Source: Candidatus Latescibacterota bacterium
Lineage (GTDB): Bacteria; Latescibacterota; UBA2968; UBA8231
Assembly: GCA_965261395.1 (NCBI GenBank)
Contig: OZ253462.1
Coordinates: forward strand, 2,944,001-3,008,000
Length of the DNA: 64,000 nucleotides
Direction: 5' to 3'
The position numbers were made by a program, and so were the translations under genes. This document shows positions 10,038 to 19,327 of the stretch, piece after piece; position 1 is the stretch's first letter; each line of letters opens with the position of its first letter. The notes under the pieces were generated by a model. That model searched no databases and was not told the DNA's origin. It was given only the letters and a program-made list of their open reading frames with translations.

Positions 10038-10969
10038 TCCTGTAATACCCGCTCGGTGAATAGTTCGAGAAAACGCGCCTGATCCACGTCTATCGCACAG
10101 GCTACGGGCTGCCCTAGCCGCTCTTGGTCGCTTGCCAAGGTGCGCTGGTCAACTACCACCTGCCCGGCGGTTAGCTCGCCGGTGGTTTCCACATCCACCC
10201 ATAGTTGCTGCGTGCGAAAGAGCTGCGGCCACAGGGCCGCTCCCAAGGCCACGGGATCGTGCACGTGCATTCCGGCAAACCCGTAGTGCGCGGACTCAAA
10301 GGCGATCACCGGCTCACACGCTGCTTGGCAAAACGCAGCGCGCGTCCCTGTGCAAGCTTGCAAGGTGGCCTGCTTTAACCAGACCTGCTCAGTGCCGTCT
10401 AGCCCTACTAACACCAGCTCGGCCTCGGACGCGAGGACTTGGCGCGCTGCGTGCGGGTCGGCGTAGAAATTGAACTCGGCCGTTGGCGTGACATTGCCCG
10501 ACACTCGCATGGCTCCGCCCATGATCACCACTTGACGCGCCCGCCGCAGCACGCCCGGCACCTGCGCCTCGGCCTGCGCCAAGTTGGTCAACGGCCCGGT
10601 GGCGACGAGAGTCACCTCGCCGGGCCGCGCCTGCAAGGTACTCAGCAGAAATCCCACCCCATCGCCCGCTGGTGAGGTGCGCGCCTCGGGTAGTTGGGCC
10701 GCGCCTAGTCCCGTCACGCCGTGTACGTCGGCTGCGGCGACCGCGTCTCGCACCAAGGGCCGCTCTGCACCGACGTACACGGAAACGTCGGCCCGGCCCG
10801 CCCACTGCAACAGGCGCAGTGTGTTGTCGGTAGTCCGCAGTAGCGGCACATTGCCGGCCACTGTAGAGACGCCCACTAGCTCTACCTCGGGCGAGGACAG
10901 GGCCAAAAGCAGGGCGAGGGCATCGTCAACGCCCGTGTCGACGTCCATAATCAGGGGAGTTGCAGGCAA
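10034..10969 (-). CDS. nucleoside hydrolase (IUNH family)
   Basis: DVDTGVDDA, TGPLTN, AEFNFYADP, HDP motifs. Confidence 0.95.
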   Translation of the reverse strand: MPATPLIMDVDTGVDDALALLLALSSPEVELVGVSTVAGNVPLLRTTDNTLRLLQWAGRADVSVYVGAERPLVRDAVAAADVHGVTGLGAAQLPEARTSPAGDGVGFLLSTLQARPGEVTLVATGPLTNLAQAEAQVPGVLRRARQVVIMGGAMRVSGNVTPTAEFNFYADPHAARQVLASEAELVLVGLDGTEQVWLKQATLQACTGTRAAFCQAACEPVIAFESAHYGFAGMHVHDPVALGAALWPQLFRTQQLWVDVETTGELTAGQVVVDQRTLASDQERLGQPVACAIDVDQARFLELFTERVLQD

Positions 10970-10972
10970 CGC

Positions 10973-11338
10973 CTACTCTGCGACTTGGGCGCTGATGATC
11001 AAGTGCTCGACCCAGTCGTCCCCCGTGTTGGAAAGCTGGTGCTTGACCCTCGGCGGGATGTGTACCGCGTCGCCCTCGCGCACCTCGTACATCTCCCCGT
11101 CGATCTTCATCCGCCCCTGGCCGCTGAGGAAGTAGTACACTTGCTCGGTGGCCTCGTGTTCGTGGTAATCCCCATCCAGCCCCCCTTGTAGGCGATGGAG
11201 CGTCAGCCCGGAAAACCCTAGGAGTACTGACTCGTTATCGTCCAACCCCTCGGCGCTCTGAGCGCGGAAGATCGACCAGATCAGCTTGGATTCATGCCCG
11301 ACGACGGGCGTGACGTTGCGCCAATTGCGAATGACCAA
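10973..11338 (-). CDS. cupin domain protein
   Basis: HEHEATEQVYYFLSGQG...GDAVHIPPRVKH. Confidence 0.85.
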   Translation of the reverse strand: MVIRNWRNVTPVVGHESKLIWSIFRAQSAEGLDDNESVLLGFSGLTLHRLQGGLDGDYHEHEATEQVYYFLSGQGRMKIDGEMYEVREGDAVHIPPRVKHQLSNTGDDWVEHLIISAQVAE

Positions 11339-11492
11339 AATGTCCTCCTCGCGTTTTAAATCGTGTGGGTGAAATTCGTCGGCTTAACATACCAAACGGT
11401 AGGACGCGGGCAAAGCGCGCCCTGTTGCCAGCACACTGTTTGGTTAGATTTGTCCCGAACTTCTCGCACCCCAACCGAGGGAGTAGCTATTT

Positions 11493-12386
11493 ATGACTAC
11501 CGCCTCTATCGACACAGCCCCTCTGCCGCAAGCCACCTTCGGCAAGACCGGCGCACACGTTCCTTTGCTCGGCTTGGGCACGGCCCCCGGAGGCTTTGGC
11601 CTAGCAGACGCGGATGCCATCGCGCTTTTTGAACGGGCCATTGACCTCGGCGTTACCTACATCGACACAGCCCCTGGCTACGAGCGCGCCCAGAGCCAGC
11701 TCGCGCAGATTGTCCCTCATTGTCGGCGCGAGTTGTTCTTGGTTAGCAAAGCCCACACGGCCCACTACCAAGAGGCGCTCGATATCGTCGAAAAGAATTT
11801 GGACGCCTTGGGCACCGACCATTTGGATCTGATGTACGTCCACTCGCTGGGGCACTTAGACGTAGAACAAGTACTGGCCAAAGACGGTGCTCTCGCCGGC
11901 TTGCGCGAAGCGCAGCGTCGCGGTTGGACCCGCTATATCGGCATCACCGCTCACCACGCGCCCTGGAAATCCGCCAAGGTCCTGCGCGAGGTCGAGATCG
12001 ACGCCTGCATGTTCGCCCTCAACTTCGTCGACTGTCACGTTTACAACTTCGAGGAGGTGGTCCTGCCCTTGGCTCGCGCCCAGAACGCTGCCGTCGCTGC
12101 GATGAAGGTGTACGGTGGGGCCATCGACATGGAGTACGACAAGCCCCGGCCCTCGGAGCTGACCAACAGCGGCTTTGACGATCACGAGCGGGCGCTGCGC
12201 TACGCCTTGGGATTGCCGGGGGTGAGCTTGGCGGTCATTGGAGTGTATAACGAGGAAGAGCTGGTGCAGAATATCGAATGGGTGCGGCGCTACGCGGCGT
12301 TGGATGCTGGTGAACAGCAGGGACTGCTAGCGCAGGGACGGGATATGGCGCGTCAATGGGGGCCGCACTACGGGTCGGTGGAGTGA
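11493..12386 (+). CDS. aldo/keto reductase
   Basis: LGLGT, YIDTAPGY, LGTDHLDLMYVH, AMKVYGG. Confidence 0.9.
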   Translation: MTTASIDTAPLPQATFGKTGAHVPLLGLGTAPGGFGLADADAIALFERAIDLGVTYIDTAPGYERAQSQLAQIVPHCRRELFLVSKAHTAHYQEALDIVEKNLDALGTDHLDLMYVHSLGHLDVEQVLAKDGALAGLREAQRRGWTRYIGITAHHAPWKSAKVLREVEIDACMFALNFVDCHVYNFEEVVLPLARAQNAAVAAMKVYGGAIDMEYDKPRPSELTNSGFDDHERALRYALGLPGVSLAVIGVYNEEELVQNIEWVRRYAALDAGEQQGLLAQGRDMARQWGPHYGSVE

Positions 12387-12390
12387 GCCT
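12355..12390 (+). repeat. ~35-bp direct repeat (AKR gene 3' end), copy 1 of 3
   Basis: AATGGGGGCCGCACTACGGGTCGGTGGAGTGAGCCT; near-identical copies at 13563-13602 and 14060-14096. Confidence 0.85.
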
Positions 12391-12419
12391 CCGCAATACA
12401 AAATATTAATGGGGAATTT

Positions 12420-13553
12420 ATGAAAATCACCAAGGTCAAAGCCCTTGTTTCATCAAGCGGCCATTTTTTCGTGAAGGTAGAAACCGATGCTGGCATCTAC
12501 GGTCTCGGTGAAGGTGGCGTAAGACGACGTGCCCTCGCTCTAGCCGAAGTCGTTCGCTCTTTTGAACCGTTTCTCATTGGTGCAGACCCGTTCCAAATTG
12601 AACATCTGTGGCAAGTGATGTTCCGCGGTGGCTTCTTCCCCGGCGGGGTCGTCCAATCCGCCGCAGTGAGTGCCGTCGATATCGCACTTTGGGACATCAA
12701 AGGGAAAGCACTCAATGTTCCTGTGTACGAACTTTTAGGCGGACGCACGAGGGACAAAGTCGTCTGCTATCCGCACAACGGTGGCGGCACAATTGATGCC
12801 CTCGTTGAGAGTTGTCGAAAGACCCATGAAGCCGGTTGGAAATTCGTCCGCTGGGGCTTGGCTGATGGTGCAGACAAAGGGACGTTTGAACCCAGACGCG
12901 CTATTCAGCACGGTGTTGAGCAGGTGCAGGCCGTTCGCAATGCATTGGGCGATCAGGTCCACATATTAGTTGACGTGCATACCCGTCTCGATCCGGCGGA
13001 TAGCCTCGATTTCTGCAACAAGGTTGCTCCCTACAATCCGTTTTTCATTGAAGATCCGCTGCGGAGTGAAAACCCAGCCAGTCTCCGGCGGCTCCGCCAA
13101 CAGACCTCCGTCCCGCTCGCTGTCGGTGAACAATTTGACAGCAAGTGGACCTTCAGAGAAGTCATTGAGGAGGATCTGATGGATTACTGCCGCGTTGACG
13201 TGTGCATAGCCGGTGGATTGACAGAGGCGCGTAAAATTGCCGGGTGGTGCGAAACGCATTACATCCATCTGGCACCGCACAACCCGCTCGGTCCGGTTTC
13301 CACCGCCGCCTGTCTGCATCTCTGTTTAGCATCCTCACTCGTGGGTGTTCAGGAGCTTCCACGGGCACCGATGTCTTCACTGACCGATGAGTTTCCGGTG
13401 CAGGTGCCGTTTGAATCTGGTTACCTCTTACCTCCCGCAGCCCCCGGCCTCGGTATTGAATTCAACGAGGCAGCATTCACCAACGTGTCAACACAGGACT
13501 ACGGACCACCCGCCGGCTATCAGCGCGATGACGGGTCCTATACAAATTGGTAG
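12420..13553 (+). CDS. mandelate racemase/galactonate dehydratase-like enolase superfamily protein
   Basis: SAVDIALWDIKGKALNVPVYELLGG, DVH, FIEDP, VGE, APHNP; visibly lower GC than neighbours. Confidence 0.9.
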   Translation: MKITKVKALVSSSGHFFVKVETDAGIYGLGEGGVRRRALALAEVVRSFEPFLIGADPFQIEHLWQVMFRGGFFPGGVVQSAAVSAVDIALWDIKGKALNVPVYELLGGRTRDKVVCYPHNGGGTIDALVESCRKTHEAGWKFVRWGLADGADKGTFEPRRAIQHGVEQVQAVRNALGDQVHILVDVHTRLDPADSLDFCNKVAPYNPFFIEDPLRSENPASLRRLRQQTSVPLAVGEQFDSKWTFREVIEEDLMDYCRVDVCIAGGLTEARKIAGWCETHYIHLAPHNPLGPVSTAACLHLCLASSLVGVQELPRAPMSSLTDEFPVQVPFESGYLLPPAAPGLGIEFNEAAFTNVSTQDYGPPAGYQRDDGSYTNW

Positions 13554-13620
13554 GGATTAAAGAATGGGGGCGCGCTACGGGCCGGTGGAGTGAGCCTTTT
13601 ATCCTTGAGGAGGCGATATA

Positions 13621-13923
13621 ATGGTAAGCCAAGATGTAGATTTACCTATAGAGTCAATCAATATATTATGTCGGCGCTATCAGGTGCGAGAGCTTGCACT
13701 TTTCGGATCGGCTCTCGGGGATAGTTTTGGGCCGGACAGTGATCTCGATTTTCTGGTGGAGTTTCAACCAGAAGCACAGGTAGGCTTTATGAAGCTGGCT
13801 AGGATGCAGAGAGAATTTTCGGCTATACTTAATCGCAAGGTAGATTTAGTACCCAAGGGAGGACTGAAGCCAAAAATACGCCAAGCAATACTTTCCGGTG
13901 CAGAAGTACTCTATGCGTCGTGA
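13621..13923 (+). CDS. minimal nucleotidyltransferase (MNT antitoxin)
   Basis: LALFGS...DSDLDFLVEF...RKVDLV motif. Confidence 0.9.
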   Translation: MVSQDVDLPIESINILCRRYQVRELALFGSALGDSFGPDSDLDFLVEFQPEAQVGFMKLARMQREFSAILNRKVDLVPKGGLKPKIRQAILSGAEVLYAS

Positions 13924-14065
13924 AGAACTATATCTTACCGACATGGTAGAGGCTGCAGATGCCATAGGTCAATTTCTCCTTGGTGTCGAGCAGGATGCCT
14001 TTTTTCAGAACGACCTCGTACGTAGTGCTGTCCTACAAAAGTTAATAATCATTGGTGAAGGGGCC
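13913..14065 (+). pseudogene. truncated HEPN/DUF86 toxin
   Basis: LYLTDMVEA...SAVLQKLIIIGE N-terminus, then homology ends at direct-repeat copy 3; no RxxxxH motif. Confidence 0.75.
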
Positions 14066-14092
14066 GCACTACGGGCCGATGGAGTGAGCCTT

Positions 14093-14473
14093 TTATTCTT
14101 CGTCCAGAGCGATAGGCAAAGGCCGAACGCGTATTCGGTCTTCCTCCAGAATCACAATACTGCCCTGTACAAGCGCCTCCTTAAAGCGATCCATATTGTT
14201 GAGTAGAAGCAGAAGCTGCTGTTCTGGTCGGCGGGTCGTATTTCGGCGGAATAAGATGACAGAAGGTTGGGCTGCACGGCGCATAGCTAGTAGGGTGCCA
14301 AAGTCCGTATCAGCCGAGATCACGACTTGCCCCTCCCGAGCTGCACAATCGAAGATGGCGGTATCGGCGGCATCCTTTAGGCCCCGGTCGCGTACATGTT
14401 CGGCCCGATAGCCGGCCTGCCGCAGTCCCTCTGCTAGTCCAGGCGATAGGGCGTTATCCACCAGGAATTTCAT
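14093..14473 (-). CDS. DUF5615 PIN-like toxin
   Basis: [10 protein letters not shown]...D...ISADTDFG motif. Confidence 0.9.
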   Translation of the reverse strand: MKFLVDNALSPGLAEGLRQAGYRAEHVRDRGLKDAADTAIFDCAAREGQVVISADTDFGTLLAMRRAAQPSVILFRRNTTRRPEQQLLLLLNNMDRFKEALVQGSIVILEEDRIRVRPLPIALDEE

Positions 14474-14700
14474 CCTGTGCCTGTCAAAGGCAGCACCTGC
14501 TCGCGTAGCGCTTCCGCCGCATAGTGCAGCGCTTCGCGGATATCTTCCGGTTCAAGGTCGGGATAGGCTTGGAGGATCTCCTGCTGGCTCATGTCTTCGG
14601 CGACCATCCCCACAATGGTTGCCACCGGGATACGCATCCCCCGAATGCAGGGAGTGCCTCCCATTTGAGCTGGGTCTACTGTAATGCGTCTATATCTCAT
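14470..14700 (-). CDS. DUF433 antitoxin-like protein
   Basis: [21 protein letters not shown]...[13 protein letters not shown]. Confidence 0.9.
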   Translation of the reverse strand: MRYRRITVDPAQMGGTPCIRGMRIPVATIVGMVAEDMSQQEILQAYPDLEPEDIREALHYAAEALREQVLPLTGTG

Positions 14701-14715
14701 AAAATGAAAGATGTC

Positions 14716-14799
14716 GAAGAGGCGATGTAATGACAAACCGCAATATAAATACCCCTATAGAGCCAATCAATGTATTATGTCGGTGCTATCAGGTGCGAG
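14716..14799 (+). pseudogene. 5' remnant (RBS plus ~23 codons) of a second MNT gene
   Basis: Homologous to 13607-13690; encodes MTNRNINTPIEPINVLCRCYQVR versus MVSQDVDLPIESINILCRRYQVR. Confidence 0.75.
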
Positions 14800-15676
14800 C
14801 CTTCGTCCCCCTTTGCTGGTAGAGCAGGCCGGCGACGATGAGCACAAGTCCCGCTAAGGTCGCCCAGCGAATCGCCTCTCCCAGCGCGAAGTGAATCAGC
14901 ACTAGGGAGCAGAACGGGGAAATAAAGATTAGGTTGCCGACCTTGGCGGTATTTTCCGCGTAGCGCAGCGCCCATTGCCACAGGACATACGCAATCCCCA
15001 TTTCGAAAAGGCCGATGTACACCGCCCCCAACAAACCCGGCCAAGCAGGTGCCCGCCACTGGCCCATCAGCAGGACACAGCCGAACGCCAGCGGCAGCGA
15101 CAGAGCGAAATTGAGGAAGAGCCGCACCACGGGATCGCGCTCGTCGCGGGTATTGTAGATCCAATAAAAGGCCCATACCACTGTGCTACCCAGCGCCAGA
15201 GCCACTCCGAGCGGATCGGAAAAGCGCAAGGTCCAGATTTCGCCGCGAGTGGAGATGACCAGTACGCCCGCATAACAAATCAAGCCTGCGGCCAGATCGC
15301 GTCGGCCAATCCGCTGTCCCAAGAGCGGGATCGAGAGCCAAGTCAGGGTGAGAGCCCAAGTATAATTGAGTGCCTGCGCCTCTTGGGCGGGCAGAAGCTG
15401 GTAGGCTTTGAAGAGGATCAGATAGTAGAGCAGGGGATTTAACGCCCCTAGCGTCAGCGAGCGGGCGTAATCAGTCGGCCGGCTGCTGAGTACTTGTCCC
15501 ACCTTCCCCTGCGCGACGACCAGCACCCCCAGCGCCCCGGTCGAAGCGCAGCTAGCCCAGAACAGCAGCTCGGCGTAGTCCATATAGCGGAGGGTGATCT
15601 TGAACGCCGACGCCACGGTGGACCACAGCAACACCGCGGCCAACCCGCAGAGATAAGCCCTTTTTCGATTGTGCAT
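14789..15676 (-). CDS. EamA/DMT family transporter
   Basis: 10-TM pattern; LLWSTVASAFK, LPAQEAQALNYTW. Confidence 0.9.
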   Translation of the reverse strand: MHNRKRAYLCGLAAVLLWSTVASAFKITLRYMDYAELLFWASCASTGALGVLVVAQGKVGQVLSSRPTDYARSLTLGALNPLLYYLILFKAYQLLPAQEAQALNYTWALTLTWLSIPLLGQRIGRRDLAAGLICYAGVLVISTRGEIWTLRFSDPLGVALALGSTVVWAFYWIYNTRDERDPVVRLFLNFALSLPLAFGCVLLMGQWRAPAWPGLLGAVYIGLFEMGIAYVLWQWALRYAENTAKVGNLIFISPFCSLVLIHFALGEAIRWATLAGLVLIVAGLLYQQRGTKART

Positions 15677-15690
15677 AAGAAAAATGTATC

Positions 15691-15716
15691 CGCAGATGAA
15701 CGCAGATGAACGCAGA
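15691..15716. repeat. short 10-bp tandem repeat (CGCAGATGAA)
   Basis: CGCAGATGAA CGCAGATGAA CGCAGA in an intergenic gap. Confidence 0.6.
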
Positions 15717-15759
15717 GGCGGGGAATGTTAAGACGGCCTCTATGGCAACCGCCACCCCG

Positions 15760-17145
15760 CTAAAACTGCGTAACCTGCTTGGGGCCAATGTCCACGGCTT
15801 GGGCCAGCGCGTCGAAGTTCTGTTTCAGCAGCGCGAAGCGCACGTCTGCGTAGGCGGGGTCGTCCCAGCGGTTGTCGAACTCGCTTGGGTCTTCCTCTAG
15901 GTCAAATAGCTCTCCCAAGGCGCGGTCGTGGTAGCAGACTAGTTTGTAGCGCTGGTCGCGGATCATCGTGCCGTAGGTGCCTTGGAGATGCTCCCGACCC
16001 GGCGCGTCTGGGTTTAAGGCGCGGTAGTACTCGCTGCGGACGTAGGCGCGGTGCGTCTGGGCTTGGCCGGTTAGCAGCGGCCACAGCGAGCGCCCCTGCA
16101 TCCTCTCGGGCGCGGCGACCCCAGCTAGTTCCAGCAAGGTCGGGGCAATGTCCATCAGCTCGACCAGCGCATCGCAGACGCTTCCTTCGCGCACGTGCCC
16201 CGGCCAGGAGCAAATCAAGGGCACCCGCACTAAGCACTCGTAAAATCGGCACCCCTTGCCCACGAGCTGGTGATCGCCCAACAGCTCGCCGTGATCCGAA
16301 GTGAAAATCACTAGGGTATTCTCGCGCTGGCCGCTTTCTTCTAGGGCTTGGATCATGCGCCCTACATTGTCGTCGATCAATTCGATCATCGCGTAGTACG
16401 CCGCCATAACTTCCTTGGCATGAGCCAAGCCAATGGACGCGGCTCCGTCCACCGGCCCCAGCTTCGCATGGGCTTGGGGGTCCTTTGCGCTCCACAGCGG
16501 ATCGGGTAATGCTGCCGGATCGTAGCGGTCTAAGTACTCTTGCGGCGGATCGAAGGGCGCGTGCGGGTCGAACATGTTGACGCTCATCAGCCAAGGCGTG
16601 GTGCGCTCCTCGCGCATAAATTCGATGGCCTTGTCCGCACACCAAGTCGTCTGGTGCAGCGCGGGCGGCATCTGGGCTGGGTCCTCGCGTAGCTCGGCTA
16701 AGGTGCGGCCCTGGGAGCGGATCCAATCGGCGTACGCGTGGCCTGCGGGCCACTGGTCGCGCGAGTCGTGGCTCCAGTGGAAGACGCGATAGCCGTCGTC
16801 GCCGCGCGGCTCGATCCGGCCATGGGCACCGGCTAGGTGCAGCTTGCCGGCCAATCCGCAGTCGTAAGATGCGGCGTCGGTTAGCAGCTTGGTGACCAGC
16901 GGGGCCGCGCCCGACCAGTGGGCATTGCCATTGGTGCAGCCGTGGACGCTGCTCGGGTACATGCCGGTGAGGAAGCTGGCGCGGCTGGGGGTGCAGATCG
17001 GGCTTTGGCAAAAGGTGTGGGTAAACGCGGTGCCCTCGCCGGCTAGGCGGTCGATGTGCGGGGTGCGGATGTGCTCGTTGCCCAGCGCGCCAATTGTATC
17101 GTAGCGCTGTTGATCGGTGCAGATCCAGAGAATGTTCGGACGCAT
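15760..17145 (-). CDS. Cys-type sulfatase
   Basis: PNILWICTDQQR, CTPSRASFLTG, GKLH, SDHG. Confidence 0.95.
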   Translation of the reverse strand: MRPNILWICTDQQRYDTIGALGNEHIRTPHIDRLAGEGTAFTHTFCQSPICTPSRASFLTGMYPSSVHGCTNGNAHWSGAAPLVTKLLTDAASYDCGLAGKLHLAGAHGRIEPRGDDGYRVFHWSHDSRDQWPAGHAYADWIRSQGRTLAELREDPAQMPPALHQTTWCADKAIEFMREERTTPWLMSVNMFDPHAPFDPPQEYLDRYDPAALPDPLWSAKDPQAHAKLGPVDGAASIGLAHAKEVMAAYYAMIELIDDNVGRMIQALEESGQRENTLVIFTSDHGELLGDHQLVGKGCRFYECLVRVPLICSWPGHVREGSVCDALVELMDIAPTLLELAGVAAPERMQGRSLWPLLTGQAQTHRAYVRSEYYRALNPDAPGREHLQGTYGTMIRDQRYKLVCYHDRALGELFDLEEDPSEFDNRWDDPAYADVRFALLKQNFDALAQAVDIGPKQVTQF

Positions 17146-17195
17146 GGTTGGGTCTCCCATCGTGTCTAGGCGTGGTTGCGTATATTTACCCTATT

Positions 17196-18191
17196 ATGCC
17201 CAATGCTATCAACGCCCTTGTGCTCGCCCTTGTGCTCGCCGGATCGACCTTGGCCGACGACGCCGAGGTCCGCGGCATCACCATTTCCACCCACGGCATC
17301 GGCCGCGACTGGGGCACCGACGCCATCGTGCCGACGCTAGAGGATATTCGCGCCGTCGGTGCCAACTGGGTGGCGATCCATCCCTACGCCAGAATCAGTG
17401 CCGACGGCACACTCCGGTGGTCGGACATCGATCCGGCCGATCCGCCAGCCCATATCGTCCGCCCCATTCGCGAGGCTCACCGCTTGGGATTGCGCATCTA
17501 TATCAAGCCCCATATTGCCTATTGGCGCTCGCCCTTCTCCTGGCGGGGCGAGATCGCCTTTACACGCGATGAGGATTGGCAGCGGTTTTGGCGGGACTAT
17601 CGGGAGTGGATCGCGCTGTTGGCCACTGTCTGCCGGGAGGCCGATGGCTTCGTCGTCGGCACGGAGCTCGACCGCATGTTGGCCTTTGAGGAAGAATGGC
17701 GCGCACTCATCGCCGAGGTGCGCCAGCGCACCGACGCGCCCCTGACCTATGCGGCCAATTGGACCGATTATCGCCAAGTGCCCTTCTGGGACGCTCTCGA
17801 CGTCATCGGCATCCAGGCCTATTTCCCCCTCACCGATGATCCCGCGTACGACGAGGAAGACATCCGCGCTGGTTGGGCGGAGCGCATGAGGGAACTGCGG
17901 GCCTTTGGCGAGCAACACAACCGCAATATCCTCTTCACTGAACTGGGCTACAACCAGTCGCACCAAGCGCCGATCGCGCCGTGGACGTATCCGGTGGATG
18001 GCGAGGATGCGCTCCCCGTTCAGGTGGCCTGTCTGCGCACTGCGCTCGACGCCATCTCCAAGGAGCCGCGCGTCGTTGGTGCCTTGCTGTGGAAGTGGTT
18101 CCCGCATCCGCGCCCGGTCGGTCGCAACTTTCAGCTGGCGATCCCGCCGATCAAGCGCGTCATTGCCGAGGCATGGCTTAGCCCGCAATAA
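17196..18191 (+). CDS. secreted glycoside hydrolase (GH113-like TIM barrel)
   Basis: Signal peptide; IKPH, GTEL, TYAANW, FWDALDVIGIQAYFPL, FTELGY. Confidence 0.75.
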   Translation: MPNAINALVLALVLAGSTLADDAEVRGITISTHGIGRDWGTDAIVPTLEDIRAVGANWVAIHPYARISADGTLRWSDIDPADPPAHIVRPIREAHRLGLRIYIKPHIAYWRSPFSWRGEIAFTRDEDWQRFWRDYREWIALLATVCREADGFVVGTELDRMLAFEEEWRALIAEVRQRTDAPLTYAANWTDYRQVPFWDALDVIGIQAYFPLTDDPAYDEEDIRAGWAERMRELRAFGEQHNRNILFTELGYNQSHQAPIAPWTYPVDGEDALPVQVACLRTALDAISKEPRVVGALLWKWFPHPRPVGRNFQLAIPPIKRVIAEAWLSPQ

Positions 18192-19173
18192 GCCCGGTCC
18201 CGCGCAGCAAGGTTTCCTGCACTAAAAGCTCGTGGTCGAGTGAGCGGTCTGGCCCGTGCTCGCCCTTGAGCACTCGTACAAGGGACGCCAATTCGAGTTC
18301 GTAGAGTCCCTGCCGCGAAATTCCTTCAAAAGGCACCATTTGCATGCCTTCTGCATAGCCGTCGGCTGCCTCGGTCAGGCAGAGCCGGATGGTGTGGCCC
18401 GGCTCAAAAGGCTCTAGCAAAATCGCGCTGCCGCGCTCGCCATAGACTTCAAAGCGCCGGGCCATCGGCTGTGGCTCCATCGCCGCAATATCGACCCAGG
18501 CCATGGCCCGCTCGTATTCAAAAACGCCGAGCGTGTTGTCTTGAAACGCAGGCACGATTCCGGTGTCGTTGCGCAGGAAGGTCGTCACCTTGTCCGGCCG
18601 CCCCAGAATCCACACCACTTGGTCGAGCATGTGCCCGGCCAGATCGTAGAAGATGCCGCCGTGGTGACCGGCGGCGATTACTTCGCGCCCGGCTGTGGTA
18701 ATGTTGGTGGACATGTGGGCGCGCACCGAATAGACATTGCCCAAAACCCCCGACCGCGCCCACGCCGCGATCTGGCTGAAGCCAGGATGGTAGCGCAGCA
18801 TAAAGCCCATTTGCACTTGTAGATCGGCGGCCTGCGCCTCCGCTACGACCCGCTGCCACTGCGCCCAATCGTCCCCGGCGGGCTTGTCGTACCACACGTG
18901 CTTGCCGGCTTGGACGATGCGCCCGGTTTGGTCCAGGCTCTCGTCGTTGCGGCCCTCGGAGGCGACGGCGACAATGGAGCTATCGCCGAGCAGCTCTTCT
19001 TCACTGTCCAAGAAGCGGACCTGTCGATAGGGTTCGTCGTCGGCAACTTGTCGGCGGCGCTCGTCGTCGGGTTCGTACAGGCCGACGACTTCGACTTCGG
19101 GGTTGTCGAGCATTGCCTTGAGTTTGCCGGCGGCGTGCCCGTGCTTGGTGCCGTATTGCGCCATGCGGATCAT
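18178..19173 (-). CDS. Gfo/Idh/MocA oxidoreductase
   Basis: AGKHVWYDKP, GGIFYDLAGHMLD. Confidence 0.9.
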   Translation of the reverse strand: MIRMAQYGTKHGHAAGKLKAMLDNPEVEVVGLYEPDDERRRQVADDEPYRQVRFLDSEEELLGDSSIVAVASEGRNDESLDQTGRIVQAGKHVWYDKPAGDDWAQWQRVVAEAQAADLQVQMGFMLRYHPGFSQIAAWARSGVLGNVYSVRAHMSTNITTAGREVIAAGHHGGIFYDLAGHMLDQVVWILGRPDKVTTFLRNDTGIVPAFQDNTLGVFEYERAMAWVDIAAMEPQPMARRFEVYGERGSAILLEPFEPGHTIRLCLTEAADGYAEGMQMVPFEGISRQGLYELELASLVRVLKGEHGPDRSLDHELLVQETLLRGTGLIAG

Positions 19174-19327
19174 GGGATCTCCTCGTTGTAAAGGGGGAAG
19201 CAAAACCCGAGCAAACGTTGAAAATTGTCGTAAGATACTGTTTTTACAAGATATTTTAACATCCGAGACATCCGCTTATCGCCCAAAATCAAAACCCGAT
19301 CAAACGTTGGCCTCTCACGCCCAAAAC
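19139..19327. repeat. ~180-190 bp imperfect direct repeat, copy 1
   Basis: Matches 20818-20993, including CAAACGTTGAAAAT.GTCGTAAGATACTGTTTTTACAAGA and TCACGCCCAAAAC. Confidence 0.85.
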
